Assembly: GCA_951406725.2 (NCBI GenBank)
Contig: OX597814.1
Coordinates: 159,464,001-159,528,000 of the forward strand
Direction of reading: 5' to 3'
DNA: 64,000 bases
DNA from: Octopus vulgaris
Lineage: Eukaryota
Under the pieces are notes generated by a model. The model was given only the letters and a program-made list of their open reading frames with translations, did no database searches and was not told the DNA's origin. The position numbers and the translations under genes are program-made. Numbering within the stretch: position 1 is the first letter of the stretch; each line of letters begins with the position of its first letter. This document shows positions 63,297 through 64,000 of this stretch, one piece after another.

Positions 63297-64000
63297 ATTT
63301 GGAACCAATCCTTTTATTAAACCCATGAGGGCAGATTGTACTTTTTCCATTATCAATAGAGATGTTCTTTTTATTAGTAATTCTGCAAGTTATGATGCCA
63401 CTAATTTATTACTTTCAAGTAGAACCAAGATATCTAACAGTTGATCAACACTTACACTCACTATACTGTTGTCCACTAGAACAGTTAAGACCACTAAAGC
63501 CCAATCTTTTTAAAAGATTTTCTTTTTTATTTCTTTCTAAGTTTAAAGCTAATCTAATATCTATAAACTTTCCTCTATGACAATGGAATAGTGACTATAA
63601 GTGTTGTTTTGGGAGTTGTGATTAGTGGAGGGCCGGAGTGGGAGTTGGATACAACTGTACTGTAAATACTATGATGTATATATTAGACACATACACAAAA
63701 TATATCACAGCACAAGATGGGTGTGAATAAAACGGCTTGCTGTTTCCATCTTGAGTTTGTCCTTTTTAGGTGTGCAGCTTGGATAACAGAAATGAACCCT
63801 GATGCACAGACATAACACATATGAAGATTTATACTTACAGCAGAAAAATAATATAATGGTAAATAAGATATTGTCTGTGATTAGTTGGAATATCTGATAA
63901 AAGCTTTGAAACTGCATTATAAAGTTTCAGAGATAAAAACCCAGCCAAAGGATACGATAATCCAAGAAAACTCCCGTCGAAATTTGGTATAAAATACAAA

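Overview
AT-rich, intron-rich animal genomic DNA. The SINE and RTE repeat families look like coleoid cephalopod (Octopus-like) ones; this is from recall and was not checked. Two convergent spliced genes can be assembled by hand with consistent GT-AG junctions and phases. The first is a 5-coding-exon, 186-aa TMEM72-like four-TM protein (+, 16841-24221). The second is a 15-coding-exon, 730-aa Polycomb-like protein (PHF1/MTF2/PHF19 family: Tudor, PHD1, PHD2, EH winged helix, C-terminal reversed chromodomain; -, 53177-26981). The rest is tRNA-SINEs, RTE 3' ends, TTAA and hAT MITEs, a Helitron, and decayed pogo, mariner and LINE fragments. The most striking non-coding signal is a set of type I hammerhead ribozyme motifs from at least three unrelated repeat families, each tied to an inverted duplication: an apparently intact hammerhead at 11192-11276, a foldback centred on a probable hammerhead stem II at 12853-12989, and a tRNA-headed SINE carrying a minimal hammerhead (62747-63296 and 19222-19500). 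Together these suggest Penelope-type or retrozyme-like mobile RNAs. Also noted are a 5S rRNA copy fused to an RTE tail and a duplicated H/ACA-like intronic RNA.
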